64,000 nt of DNA, taken from NCBI GenBank assembly GCA_038496445.1, contig JALMLS010000057.1, positions 1-64,000 on the forward strand, in the 5' to 3' direction. The notes under the pieces were generated by a model. It saw only the letters and a list, made by a program, of their open reading frames with translations, was not told the origin of the DNA and ran no database searches. Source of the DNA: Trichosphaerium sp. ATCC 40318. Taxonomy: Eukaryota > Protista > Tubulinea. Both the position numbers and the translations under genes were made by a program. Shown piece by piece: positions 1 to 11,684 of this stretch (position 1 is its first letter; each line of letters starts with the position of its first letter).

Positions 1-1855
1 TAACCTTGTTTATGTTCTTGATACAAGTGGTACTCCTGTAAGGCTCACGCTTTGTTGAACTTTCTTCTTTTTTTTCCATTAAAACGTTAGATACTAATTA
101 ACGCTTTTTCAAGTTCATCACAGTATTAAGAGTAAAGGATAATACAAACTACGTTGCACATACTATTACTAATGTAGTGAGTACTCCTGGCTCAGAAAGA
201 ACTTATTTCGTACGTCATACTTGAGTTCCTTTCAAATCACTTAACTATAAACCTAGTGTCTGGAAGATTTAGATGATAATAAATACTATCTGTATTACTA
301 CGATTTCTCATCTGACCTCAAAATTGATCGTGTTACACCATTTGTGGAGCCACCAGTTTCGGCTATTGAATATCAGAGTAAGAGTATTATTAATGAGATT
401 GCGTTTGTTGATGTAGTAATTTTAGGTCTAATATTGTACAGTGTAACAGACCAACCAGGTGTAGACCCAGTTTTTTGGGTATTTGATCCATTTGATACTC
501 TCCCACCTACAGCCGCACCAACGACGTTGCCACCAACTACGCTGGCACCCACAACACTACCACCAACAACGCTGCCACCAACAACACTGCCACCTACAAC
601 GCTGCCACCTACAACACTGCCACCAACAACACTGCCACCTACAACCCTACCACCTACAACACTGCCACCAACAACACTGCCACCTACAACGCTGCCACCT
701 ACAACGCTGCCACCAACAACACTGCCGCCAACAACGCTGCCACCTACAACACTGCCGCCAACAACGCTGCCACCTACAACCCTACCACCAACTACTTCAC
801 CTCCAACGCTCCCTCCAACAACTATACCTACAACAGCGATTCCAACCACTCTCCCACCTACAACAGATGCTCCAACAACGGCAGCACCTACGACAGTTGC
901 GCCAACTACCCAGTCACCTACCACAGAGCCACCAACGACTCGACCTCCCACAACTGTACCACCTACAACAGCGGCGCCATCCACGCTGCCACCCACCACA
1001 GAACCTCCGACAGAGGTACCAACATCGCCCCCAATGGAGGCACCTACACCGGGAGGGCAAGCTTCATTTGCAGCAGTATGTCCAATAGATCCTAGTTGGG
1101 ATGAAGGCAATTGTTCAGTTACTTGCCAACCATTAGAATCGTAAGCACATCGCATATTTGCATATATTACTTATACATTGTTAAGGTGTACTGTTCAACA
1201 ACAACAAGTTGTCGTAGAATCAGAATTATCCCTGAGTTCTACTATTGTCATAGAAGGTAATCTAGTATTCCGCGGAGGTTTCATAAAGATTGAGTTCGAT
1301 GCGGACGATGACGACTTTACTGCTGAAACAAAACGGCAACAAACTAATACTGTTGCGCCTATTCAAACCCTCGATAGAGGGTACGCTATAGTCACAGGAT
1401 GTATTGTTCCTGGCACTGTACGTTACATCATAAACGTTCATTTGTTTAAGTAGAATGTCTGATGTTTGACTTAGGGTGGTTTTGATGTTGATGCAAGTGA
1501 AGAAGAGTTAGCATCAAGAAAAGTAGTACATTTAGCAGAATTTAAAGACAAGGGTTGTCCTCCACTAGAAACAGAAAATATTGCTGTAACCATCAATAAT
1601 CTACCTGATAGCAGATCCTCAAATCTATTTGAAGAACGTACGAAGATCATAGAACAATATATTTTTTTGAAGATAAAAACTAATCATTTCCAATCAGGTG
1701 GAAGGGTTTTTGTGGTATTGTCTGAAAAGAAGGAGGAAACTAAAGAAAATGAAATCCCGTTATGGGCTTTTATTCTTATTGGTACTTTAGGTTGCATTAT
1801 ACTATTTGCAATCATTGTAGGTATAATTATATACTTGCGTAAGAAAAACGATTGA
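1..1855 (+). CDS. Mucin-like type I membrane protein (5' end outside window), multi-exon
   Basis: ORF 344-1144 has a PPTTL repeat stalk followed by a Cys-containing region. Later exons end in a TM helix (IPLWAFILIGTLGCIILFAIIVGIIIYL) and a short basic tail RKKND*. GT-AG introns separate the ORF pieces. Confidence 0.75.
518..796 (+). repeat. Coding 15-bp tandem repeat encoding (PPTTL)n
   Basis: Repeated ccaccWacaacRctg units with synonymous variation. This repeat also explains the antisense and alternative-frame ORFs at 373-1155 and 483-1088. Confidence 0.95.
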
Positions 1856-2300
1856 AGAGAAATTCCAAAATGTGTTTTAAGGCGTGTTAAGTATCAGTAC
1901 GTCAAAAATCGTCGTTTTTATAAACAAAGAGAAATACTGTACCTATGTACCCCAATTTTAAAAGTGCAATGTAAAATAAATTAAAACTAAGTTCAGAAAA
2001 TATAACGCTTCGGTTTTTTTCAAATTGGGTTTCTGATGTGTGATCTATCTTTGTCTTGTTTTTTCTTTTTGTTTTTAGTAGTTTTGAGGTAGACTGCATC
2101 ACAAATTGGAAGCATTTGTGGAAATTTAAGGGAGACAATTTCTTACTACGATGCTTCACACTTTATATTTAGCTAGTTAGTCCATCGCCGGGGCGTTAGC
2201 GAGTAGGTACAATATAGTTATACTATTCAGAGTTTCCTTTTTAGGTTGCTTTGAAACGCGGTACTACACTAAATACAACAGGAGGCTCAAAAACGTAATT

Positions 2301-3785
2301 ATGGGCGGCGTAATTGGTGTTTGTGGACCAACGAATGTAAGGACGCCAGAATCGAAGGCAATAGACGCTCAGCTAAAGAAAGACAACAAGCTACATAATA
2401 CTACTAGTAGGGTTCTAGTACTGGGCGCTGCAGGCTCTGGAAAGTCTACAATTATAAAGCAAGTTGTTTCTATGCACGGCGGTTTCTCACAATCAGATGT
2501 GGGGACATACAAGGATATAATACGTACCAATATTGTTGCGGGGTTCAAACGATTACTGGCAGAAGCAAAAAAGATGGAGTTAAAAGTAGTTCATAAACGA
2601 AAGGAAGCTATGGTAGCAGTTCTTGATGCAAAATTGTATGGTACGCATAATTATTCCGCTTTGGTTTTCAAAAGGCGTTTTGATCATAGATTGGGTGTTT
2701 ATGATATATGGCTTGCTCCGCTATTATACCGCTCGCTGTAGATACACATCGCACAGCGAAGATCTTTTTTGATCGCTCTACAAGTTTTGTTTAATTGGTT
2801 TTTCGCAAATCGAATTGAAACAAGTTTAAATTGTTTGTGATTGATTTAAGAGCGTAGGTGTTCTGTAGTTTTAATGTTTTATTGTAGGCGGTTTGACAGA
2901 AACAGATATTCGCTCGTGCAAAGCATTGTGGGAGGATCCAGTTATAAATAGAGTATTTCAAGCTTGTAGAGCTCAGAGCTTAGAAACTCAGAACTTACAG
3001 TACTTTTTGGACACCGTTATCGATAAAATGCTTTCTGACTATGCTGCATGGACACCAAATGATGAAGATATTGTGAGAGCGCGTCAAAGAACAAGTGGTA
3101 TCAATACTACCGGGTTTAAACATATTGGTCGGTATTGGTTAATGGTTGATGTTGGAGGTCAGAAAAACGAGCGTAGAAAGTGGATTCACGCGTACGTTGT
3201 TTCTTTTGACGGATAATTTTTTTGAACTTTCTTTCGAGAGTCACCCAAACCCTGATCCTTACGCAGTAGTGGGTTAAAATGGCGTATAGCATATTGTTTT
3301 AATCAACCTTTTTTGCGTTAATCGCTTGTTTTGGAATGCTGTCTAAAAACTCTTTTCTCAGGTTCGAAAATACGCATACGATCATGTTTACAACCGCTAC
3401 AAACGAATGGAATATCCCTTGTGATGAAGTTGCCGGAAATACAAAAATGGCGACTTCAATTCAGATTTGGGACGAAAACATCAACTCGCACTATCTTCAA
3501 GACGCTGTTGTAGTACTATTCTTAAATAAGATAGATCTATTGGAACAAACACTTAAAAAAGGGAAATTCAAAGAGACCTATCCAGACTTTGAAGGCGAGC
3601 AGACTATGAAGACTGTGCTTGAGTACATAAAAAACAAATATCTTGAACTTGTATTGCCTGCAAGAGGAGAAAAGCGGGAAGTTATTGTTCATAATGTAAG
3701 CGCTATCAACAAGTCACAGATTATCAGTGTGTTGCATGAAGTACTATACGCTGTACTTAATTCTTGTGGTGGACTTTTATTGTAG
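2301..3785 (+). CDS. Heterotrimeric G-protein alpha subunit (divergent), 3 exons
   Basis: MG myristoylation start with Cys8; P-loop GAAGSGKST; switch I RARQRTSGI; DVGGQ..ERRKW; FLNKID; C-terminal GGLLL. Introns at about 2641-2888 and 3192-3361. Confidence 0.9.
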
Positions 3786-4407
3786 CAAAACTGCTCCAAA
3801 GTCTACCGAAAAACAACTTCCAAAAGGAAGAAAGTCTTGTACAATAAAAACTGTATCTTAGCAACAAATTCATGGTTGTTGACTATCGGGCAAAAAAGAT
3901 AGCGCTACTTCTTTATTTGGTAGTATTCAGGTGAATGTTTCTCTAGCCTTCGGACTAGATAGATAAGCAAAAACTGGAATAACAGATATTTGAAAAAAAA
4001 AAAGACACCACACGACACAGTTAGTATAGGCCTGTTACAAAACTGGTTCAATAACGCCTCTAAGTGAGTTTTGTTGTATCTTATCAAGTGACACCTGTGT
4101 ATCTTGACCGTGCCAAACTTTGTAGGCAAGACATTCGTGCAAGGAAACTGTTCTAACCACAACATGTACTAACTGTTTTTAAATGAAATACCCATCGACT
4201 ATGCAGCCTCTTTAGTAATGTCAGGACAATTTCGTAGTACAACACGTTTTAGATTTTAAGTTTCTAGCTATCATTTGTTTTTCAGGAAATTGTACACTTG
4301 TACTATCCTTTTGGACAGAGAATAAGCAAATTCTTGCTGTGTTTATTCTATAATTACTTGACATTGCTTGTTGCTACTCCTATTCACGTACCTTCCACTC
4401 TACAAAA

Positions 4408-5043
4408 TTATACTATGAATAGCTCACCGCCCTGAGTCCACTTCTTGAACACTCCTCTAGGTTTTCCATTGATAAAATTTGACACTCCAAGTAATTGTCC
4501 ATTTTTATACCACTCCTTCTTCTCTCCGTGTATCTCGCCATTAATATATTGACACTGCTCCCATAATTGACCATTAGCGTGCCACATTGTGTAGTCTCCT
4601 TCAAGCTCGCCATTAGAGTATTGACATTGCTTCTGCAATTTACCATTGCTATGCCACAGCTGATACTCTCCGTGTAGTTTATTGTTTTTGTAACTACACT
4701 TGATACTCAGTTTACCGTTTAAGAACCATCCCTTTTTCTCTCCTTCTTTCTTGCCATTGACAAGTTGATACTGCTCAAGCAATTTACCATTAGTAAACCA
4801 CTTCTTGCAGTCACCTTCAAGCGAACCATGTACAAAAGTATATTGTGTTTTTTCAAATATCAAAAATGCTTCTTCATATTTCATCCATTTCCCGTGCTTA
4901 TTTAATTCACTATCAAACCTTGTAGTTGTTGCCGTTTGTTTAGATAAAATAGGCCATTTTTTGTACACTTCAAAGTCTAAGCGTATAATTTCAAACTGTA
5001 GCTCTAATGGAAGCAACAATAAAGTGTAGCGAGCTTGTTCCAT
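4408..5043 (-). CDS. Intronless F-box-like plus MORN-variant (YwqK-like) repeat protein
   Basis: N-terminal LLLLPLELQFEII F-box-like motif, then about five 24-aa repeats of the form GxxxxWxxNGxLxxxxxYxNGxxxG. Confidence 0.85.
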   Translation of the reverse strand: MEQARYTLLLLPLELQFEIIRLDFEVYKKWPILSKQTATTTRFDSELNKHGKWMKYEEAFLIFEKTQYTFVHGSLEGDCKKWFTNGKLLEQYQLVNGKKEGEKKGWFLNGKLSIKCSYKNNKLHGEYQLWHSNGKLQKQCQYSNGELEGDYTMWHANGQLWEQCQYINGEIHGEKKEWYKNGQLLGVSNFINGKPRGVFKKWTQGGELFIV

Positions 5044-5337
5044 GTCACTTCCCTTGTGTACCTGATTGTTTTGAAGAAACTTGAAGACTTTTCGAAAAAA
5101 AAGAGTTTTTCCTTGATTAAGGCACTTCTCATGCTGAAAGGCTCAACAAGACGTTATGGTAGAGGCACGTTAATGCGTGGTAGCTCGAATAGATACAGCT
5201 TTTTTCTGACAAAGCTTCATGTGTGACAGATGGAGGTTAAAGCGCTTGGCAAGAGCGTTCAGAACTTGGCAAGAAAACAGGTCATTTAGAGACGTTTGAA
5301 TCATCTGATGTTTTATTAAATCATGATCACAATTGAT

Positions 5338-8300
5338 TTAATTTTGCTGTTCGGCGTCTTTCTTCTGTGCAACCATGAGATCAGTAACGAATTGGTTTGC
5401 AACACCAATTGTTTCATCAATATGCTGTTCAGTTACTGGTACACCAGCAGTGAATGCAAGAGATTGTGCTAGCCTGATTGTAGTACGGATTTGACGTCCG
5501 TTAATCTCATATTTGGCAAGGCGTTTAATGTCAAGTCCTTTAATGCTTGCTGTTTCCAATAGATTACCCCAAATCTTTTCACGTGCAGTTTCATCGAGGT
5601 TCTCGTATTTGAGGGCGACTGAAGAGTAAATCAGGGACCGAAAAAACAAAAGAGAAAGAAGCAAAGAAAAATAGCTTTTAAAGAACAAAAAAGAGAGCGT
5701 ACCTGAAATACGTGAGTGGAAGGCTTCATCGAATACTTTGACACGATTGGTTGTCAAGAAAAGTACACCTTGATGATATTCAAGCAAACGCAAGAAGATA
5801 CCAACCTATAACAAGTAAGACATACGAAAAAAACGAGAAAAAAAAACAAGAAGAAAAAACAAGATTGTTGGCTGTGGATCTTTTTTCCTTTCTTCGAAAC
5901 TTTACTTACCATAGCATTACGCATGATAGCATTCTCAGAACGCTTCTCAAGGAAGATATCTGCCTCATCTATAAGGACGACAGCGTTCCAGATACTAGCC
6001 AATTCAAGAATCTGACGTAATTTCTCTTCGAGTTCCTTGGTGTTTGTACCAAGTTCACCAACACTAACAGAATACAATGGCCTATGCAATAACTCTGCAA
6101 TTGCCTCTGCAGTGAGGGTTTTACCTACACCAGGAGAACCATGGAGCAAGAAAATACAACCACCACCTTTTCCAGAGATGATATCGGCAAACGACTAAAC
6201 ACAGATTTAGTGATTTGTAATGCAAGTTGGCGATATTTTTTGAACAAAAAAAAGGAAACTCTTTGTATTCTGGACGCATGTGCAATCTAACAAAATAAAG
6301 CGTTTGAGTTGCTGTTATGCACTCGTACTGCTTGCTTCATGACGAAAAAAGCAAAATGAATACAGCACCCTACGTTCCCTGGTCCTCACGGACCCAAGTA
6401 CTGGCAGGGCCATACCATGCTTATCTTCGCGGTTCGGAAAGAGACACGGAGTTTTCATGGTTGTATGGCCGTATCCAATCGTAAAGGAAACATTTTTGAA
6501 AGTGGTTTGGTCAAAAAAGTGCAAATAACCGAAAAATCAAGTTGTGACCACAAAAGCAACAAAAACCCAAAAAAAAAAGAGGTTGCATAAGCGTATGCAC
6601 TCTCCCGAGAGACATGAAGATTATGTGCGAAATGGTTCATGGGTACCTCGTGTGCGTTCTCTACTAGACTCTTGATCAATTGTTTCTTTTTTGGTGGGAA
6701 GACAAGCTTTTCGAAGGCTTTGTCGTCGTATTTAACAGGAAGCAAGTTCTCAACAACAATTTCACCCCATTTCTTGGCTGAAAAACTAAAACCACCAATG
6801 GTAGGCCAGGTCATGAACAAATGCTCCTCAGGAATGGACTAGAAGAGAAACATTTAGCGAAACAAATGAATGAACGAAAAAGCAAAAAAAATCAAAAAAA
6901 AATAAAAGTTTGTGAAGGAGTACGTACTGCCATTCTAGTACTCGAAGCAGGAGATGTAGAAAATGATCTATAATTTGGATTCATACGCGAAAAACTAACA
7001 CCATCTACCATAACCCTTTGATAAAGTAAGAAACACAGAATAAACTGAGAACAATAATCAGAAAATTTTTTCAGTTTTTACCTTCCGTAAGCTTTTGTTG
7101 AGTTTGTTGTCCACCAACTAAAGGTTATTATGAGCATGTGATATTCCTTTTTTTCTTGCGTACTGTTTCCATTCAATATTGCCTGTGTAGTTCATGTAAT
7201 GTGCGCCTTTAGCGGCTTGCATGAACTTCTTACCACGAGCAATAAGAATTTTTTTTGTTGCCTCATCCAAAGGTCTTACAGGCAGATCCTACAATCATCA
7301 GTTGATAATTTTTTTTCTGATTTTGAAGGAAGTACCTTTAGTGTTTTAACACCTGAGAAGGCAGGGATTGAGTAACTCTCTGATGCTCTGTAGTACGTTC
7401 CACCATTAGATTTAATAACATCGGCAGTGATGTCGAAGGAAGGGAACCAGGATGATCTATTGTATTTGGACGTTTTGATCTTTGCACCAACTGCGTGCTG
7501 TGATACTCCGACTTTTGAGGTAATCTAACCAACTATTAGAGCAGTTTTTCTGAGCGTTTGGTACGTACAGTTGTAGATGGTGCAAAAATACTCCAGAGAC
7601 TGTCGTAGTTGATTTTACCGTCTGTTAACATAGTATTGATCTTCTTACGGATGTCCTCGTACTCGTTCTCCAAAAAGTCGATAAGAGGCTTCAATCGAGC
7701 TCTGTATGTTGCATTCTTTTTGAATTGCTCGAGGTATTGTAGCAGAGCCTCTGCGTTAACTTTCGGGCTAGAACGGCGTAAGAAAACGTATTTTTAGCAA
7801 AGGGAAAATTCAGTGAAGAAAACGAGGTGTACTGCAGCCTAACGCGTACCGTTTCTCGTAAAAGATATCAGAGCTGATGAAATAACGTATGGACTCAATG
7901 AGAACAGTATCATTGAGAACAATCATACATCTAGTATCAACTACAGCTCCTGTGTCTGGATCAATGATCTTTTTACGCTCAACTGAGAATCGTTCGTTGT
8001 CTTTGACGGCCTAAAAAACATCTTGAGTTGTGTTTTTAAGGTAAACATAAACCAAATAATTTTGTTCGGCTCAAAGAGCGTAAAGCAATGTAGTCGTAGT
8101 GGAAAACGTTTGTGAGAATTAAAACCCTTTTAGTGGGCGATTTTAGGCGAAAATGAACGTACGTCACTTTCTTGGTCGATTTCACCGTACGCGTAGAGCT
8201 TTACACCTGGAGAGATACTGTCTCCACAGTTATCTTCAGGTGACATGACTGCGCCTTTCTCAGTGGTGATTCTGTTTATCTTAGCCTTCACTCCGCGTAC

Positions 8301-8532
8301 TTTTTCAAAGCGCTTGCACACCTACAGTGGCGTTAACCGCAGTGTGCGCAAATAATTACTGTACCTCATCCATAACCCATTGTACTGTTTCCTCTGAAGG
8401 TACAGGTACCCAGAAGAGTTTACCAGAGAACGAAACCTGGATACGTATTTTTGGCAAAGGCTCACGCGCTGTACCAGGCAACGAGCTTAATATGGTGTAT
8501 ATTTTCTGAGCGAACTTGGGATCTGTGGCCAT
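5338..8532 (-). CDS. AAA+ ATPase with N-terminal ubiquitin-like domain, multi-exon
   Basis: Spliced product starts MATDPKF. Contains FSFSAKKWGE, DIISGKGGGCIFLLHGSPGVGKTLTAEA (Walker A), VLIDEADIFL (Walker B), FLTTNRV..FDEAFHSRI and a lid segment INGRQIR. Confidence 0.9.
6345..6356 (-). terminator. RNA polymerase III oligo-T terminator of the 5S gene
   Basis: TTTT followed by TTTTTT immediately 3' of the 5S end on the minus strand. Confidence 0.8.
6358..6476 (-). rRNA. 5S: 5S ribosomal RNA gene (119 nt), nested in intron 6195-6646 of the AAA ATPase
   Basis: The minus strand reads GGAUACGGCCAUACAACCAUGAAAACUCCGUGUCUCUUUCCGAACCGCGAAGAUAAGCAUGGUAUGGCCCUGCCAGUACUUGGGUCCGUGAGGACCAGGGAACGUAGGGUGCUGUAUUC. 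Helix I is GGAUACGGC/GCUGUAUUC and helix II is ACCAUG/CAUGGU. Loop C has CCGAAC, loop E has AGUA/GAA, and helix IV is closed by a GUGA tetraloop. Confidence 0.95.
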
Positions 8533-8656
8533 AGTTGAATAACAGACGTTCAATACCAACTTTTCCTTCACAGAACGCTAAAACAGTCTTTTTTTCTGGT
8601 TTTGACTTAAGTTTATTTCTATTTCTTACACGCCAAAAAACGTTATCTTGAGACCT

Positions 8657-11600
8657 CTAATCATAGTCTTCTGGGTCAGCGAGGTAAGCTTGTTTGATCT
8701 TGACGTCCTTCTTGAAGATAATGTTGTACTTTGAACCAGGGCAATCATGTCGCAAGTACAAGCTGTTTGCTACCTATAAAATAGTTAACCAAAGCGAAAG
8801 AAAAAATCTAAAGCAACAACCATACCTTCATAATTAAATTAGCTACAGAGCCAACACAGTCAATCTTCTTTGTGCCACCTCCTTTTTGAGGTACATGTAG
8901 GTAGTAACCTTTCTTATCTTGACGAGTATAAATTCTTTGATGAGTGATAGAATTATCTTTTCTTGTAACCTAATTGTAAACGTGAGTGAAGGTTCTCAAT
9001 ACGAAAAAGAACGAAAAAGAACAAACCTTAGATATTGTGAAAGGCATTCTCTCAGGTTCAGTGGTAGACAAGCGAACCAAAAATGTTCCCTTGCGTTGGT
9101 CTGATAGTCTAGATTCAGAATCTCCTCTGGAGATATCACCATGGAACCACCTAGTAGTTATGAGTAACTAGTATGTGCAAACATGTAACTAGTACTTTTT
9201 GTTGAGTGTATTCTTTGCTTTCTCAACTATCAAAGAGGCCTTGGCATCTACGTTCAAAGGTCCAAACCATTTCAAGAAATACCCAAATTTCTCGATTTCG
9301 CAAACTTCTTCATCGTCCTTCTTTGTGCCTTTAAAAACGAGACGAGTTAGGTTGTTGTCAAAAAAGAAAGGACTCATTTTGCTTACCTAACAGTGCTTGG
9401 AGAGTTTTGTACTCAAGATCAGTTGTAGTGAGTGGACGCATTTTGATGGTGTTACAAAAGGTTTTGATGAATTTGCTGAACTCTACAGCAGTATGTCCAA
9501 ACCAATTGTCTATCCATAGAGTTTGACCATTCTTATCAGATATGGTAACCTGTACGGCACATTTATCGAGTTTTTGGATAATCTCTGTGAATGAAGGTCT
9601 CATAGCTTGATCTTCAGCCCAACACACTTCCATAAGTTCTTGTAGTGGAACTGGAATACTATCATCGAGAGGAGGACGCTCCTAAGCAAAATTGAGTAAA
9701 ATATTCAACATTCTCAATTTTCTTACTTGTTTATCACAAACCGCGGAAACAAACGTGTTGTATGAGTCCATGTCCTCAAAAGGCTCATTTCTGGTAATCA
9801 TTTCCCACAAAACAATACCATAAGAGTAGATATCTACTTTTTCGCTCAAGGCTTTACCCTGAAGTACTTCTGGACTCATCCAGAGTGGCTTGAATGGTAT
9901 TTTAGAAATGCTATGAATGTAATAAATTTTTTACGTACAGTGCCAGGCGCTACGCCATCATCCTTCATGCTCTGAGATCGTTTGACAGCGGAAAGACCAA
10001 AATCGCAAATCTTAACATTCCAGCTATCGTCAACAAGCAAACTAAAAAATCATAAGGATAATGGAAAATATAAAGGACAGTTTAGATAGTACTTTGTAGG
10101 CTTCAAATCACGGTGAATCTACAGGTTTGTAAGTATTTTTCTTTACTATTAATAGCTTAGTACGTACAATTGGTGGTTTAGACAAATGAAGCCAATTCAT
10201 ACCTGTAAACGTTGTTACACAATTGTTTTCAATAAAGCAAATAGGCTTACCTTGAGCTACATCCTTTGCCATTTTGATAATCTGCAATAGACTGATGTCT
10301 ACGTCTTTGTTGTGTATAAGCTCATGCAAATTACCTTTAGACAACAATTCTGTGATGATAGCCAAATTTCCTGGCTCAGTACAGCATCCCATGTAGAGCA
10401 CAATGTTAGGATGACGCAAATGTGTCATAATCTCAACTTCTTTTTTGAACTCTTCAAGTAGATCCTCTTCCAAGTCTTGTTGGAGTAACTGCTTAATAGC
10501 GACTTGTTTACCGCGACATTTTCCATTAAATACCTTTATTGTAAATGTTAGTGTATGACAAAAGAAGAAAAAACTAAATTTTATTTCTACCTTTCCGAAA
10601 CAACCACTTCCGATTTTACTGATGATTTTAATTTCGTGAGGCAAGATTTCAGGAGTCTGGAACTCTCCACTAGCTTCTGAGTTACCAAGTGTTCCAACAA
10701 GACCAACGCGGGATGATGCCTACGTAAGATAAGACAGTGAGAAATTTTTCTTTGATTTACTAAATGCTTACCCTAGTGTCTTTTTTCTTTCCACCTTTCT
10801 TCTTCTTTCCTTTTGCAGGTTTGCCACCCTTCAAAGTAGCCATCTGCTTCTTAATTTCTAGGATATCTTCAGTTTTCAATTTCGTCAAAAAGAATCCGTA
10901 CCATCCAGAACGTTAGTTGTCAAACTTGACTTGTTAATGTCAAATTTAGTTAAATGTTTTTGACGGTCTTCCTCAGGTGTTCCAGCGGCATCATATGCTT
11001 CGCGTAATCCTTGCATAGCTGCTTTGATCTCTGATCGACGTTTATTAGCCATTTCAACAAATTCCTGATGAAAACATTAGACGTTATACTGCTGGTTACA
11101 ATACGCACTCTTTCTTTATTTTCCAAAGCTTTTATGAGATCCAAGGTGTAGCCCAAAGATCCTGCCGTGTAGTTTTCAAGCTTTGCCTCTGGTGTTTCAC
11201 CGAGTCGTTGCATAAGCATCTTGATTCTGTCAACGAGACCAGCGATGTGCGTTTCCCTAAGCATAAAATGAGATAAGAACAAAGGAATTAAGAATTTAGA
11301 CGTACCGTCTTTGTTTTGCTGCTGAAAGCTTTTTAATATTTTGTTGCAATGTAGATATATGATCCTTTGCAGGCGTAGTGCTATTTGGCATGTAGTCTGT
11401 TTCTGTGACACCCAATTCTTTCTTTGATGTTAAGAAATACAGTAATACGAAAGGCGGTACGCTACAAATGGCGAAAAGGATACACAACACGACTTTACTT
11501 TTTCCGCCAAACTATCGAACATTTTTTGACGCCCAGCAACCTGGCTGTTTAGTTTGTCATAAAACTTGTCGTAAACTGCGGCCAACTCTTTGTCTAGCTC

Positions 11601-11684
11601 TTGTAGTTTCTTGTCTGGGTCTTCCCCGAGTTCAGTGCAAAGGTCACGGAATGCCTGTGCTTTGTCGCTTGCCAAATAACTCAT
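8657..11684 (-). CDS. Shk-type tyrosine-kinase-like kinase with C-terminal SH2 and N-terminal MAP65/PRC1-like helical region
   Basis: Kinase motifs IGSGCFGKV, VAIK, HRDLKPTN, DFGLS and GTPLWMSPE; SH2 motif WFHGDIS...GTFLVRLS. The N-terminal exons splice in frame into the kinase. The start codon is uncertain. Confidence 0.88.

Noticed and set aside
518-796. Regular direct repeats as a possible CRISPR array
   Set aside because: The units are contiguous with no unique spacers, vary synonymously and lie in a eukaryotic exon.
373-1155. Long antisense ORF (GGSVV repeats) and alternative-frame His/Gln/Cys ORF 483-1088
   Set aside because: Both are shadows of the stop-free 15-bp PPTTL coding repeat.
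2733-2759. Hairpin TCGCTGT...ACAGCGA followed by a T-run in G-alpha intron 1
   Set aside because: The stem is short, and I found no convincing C/D or H/ACA boxes or rRNA complementarity.
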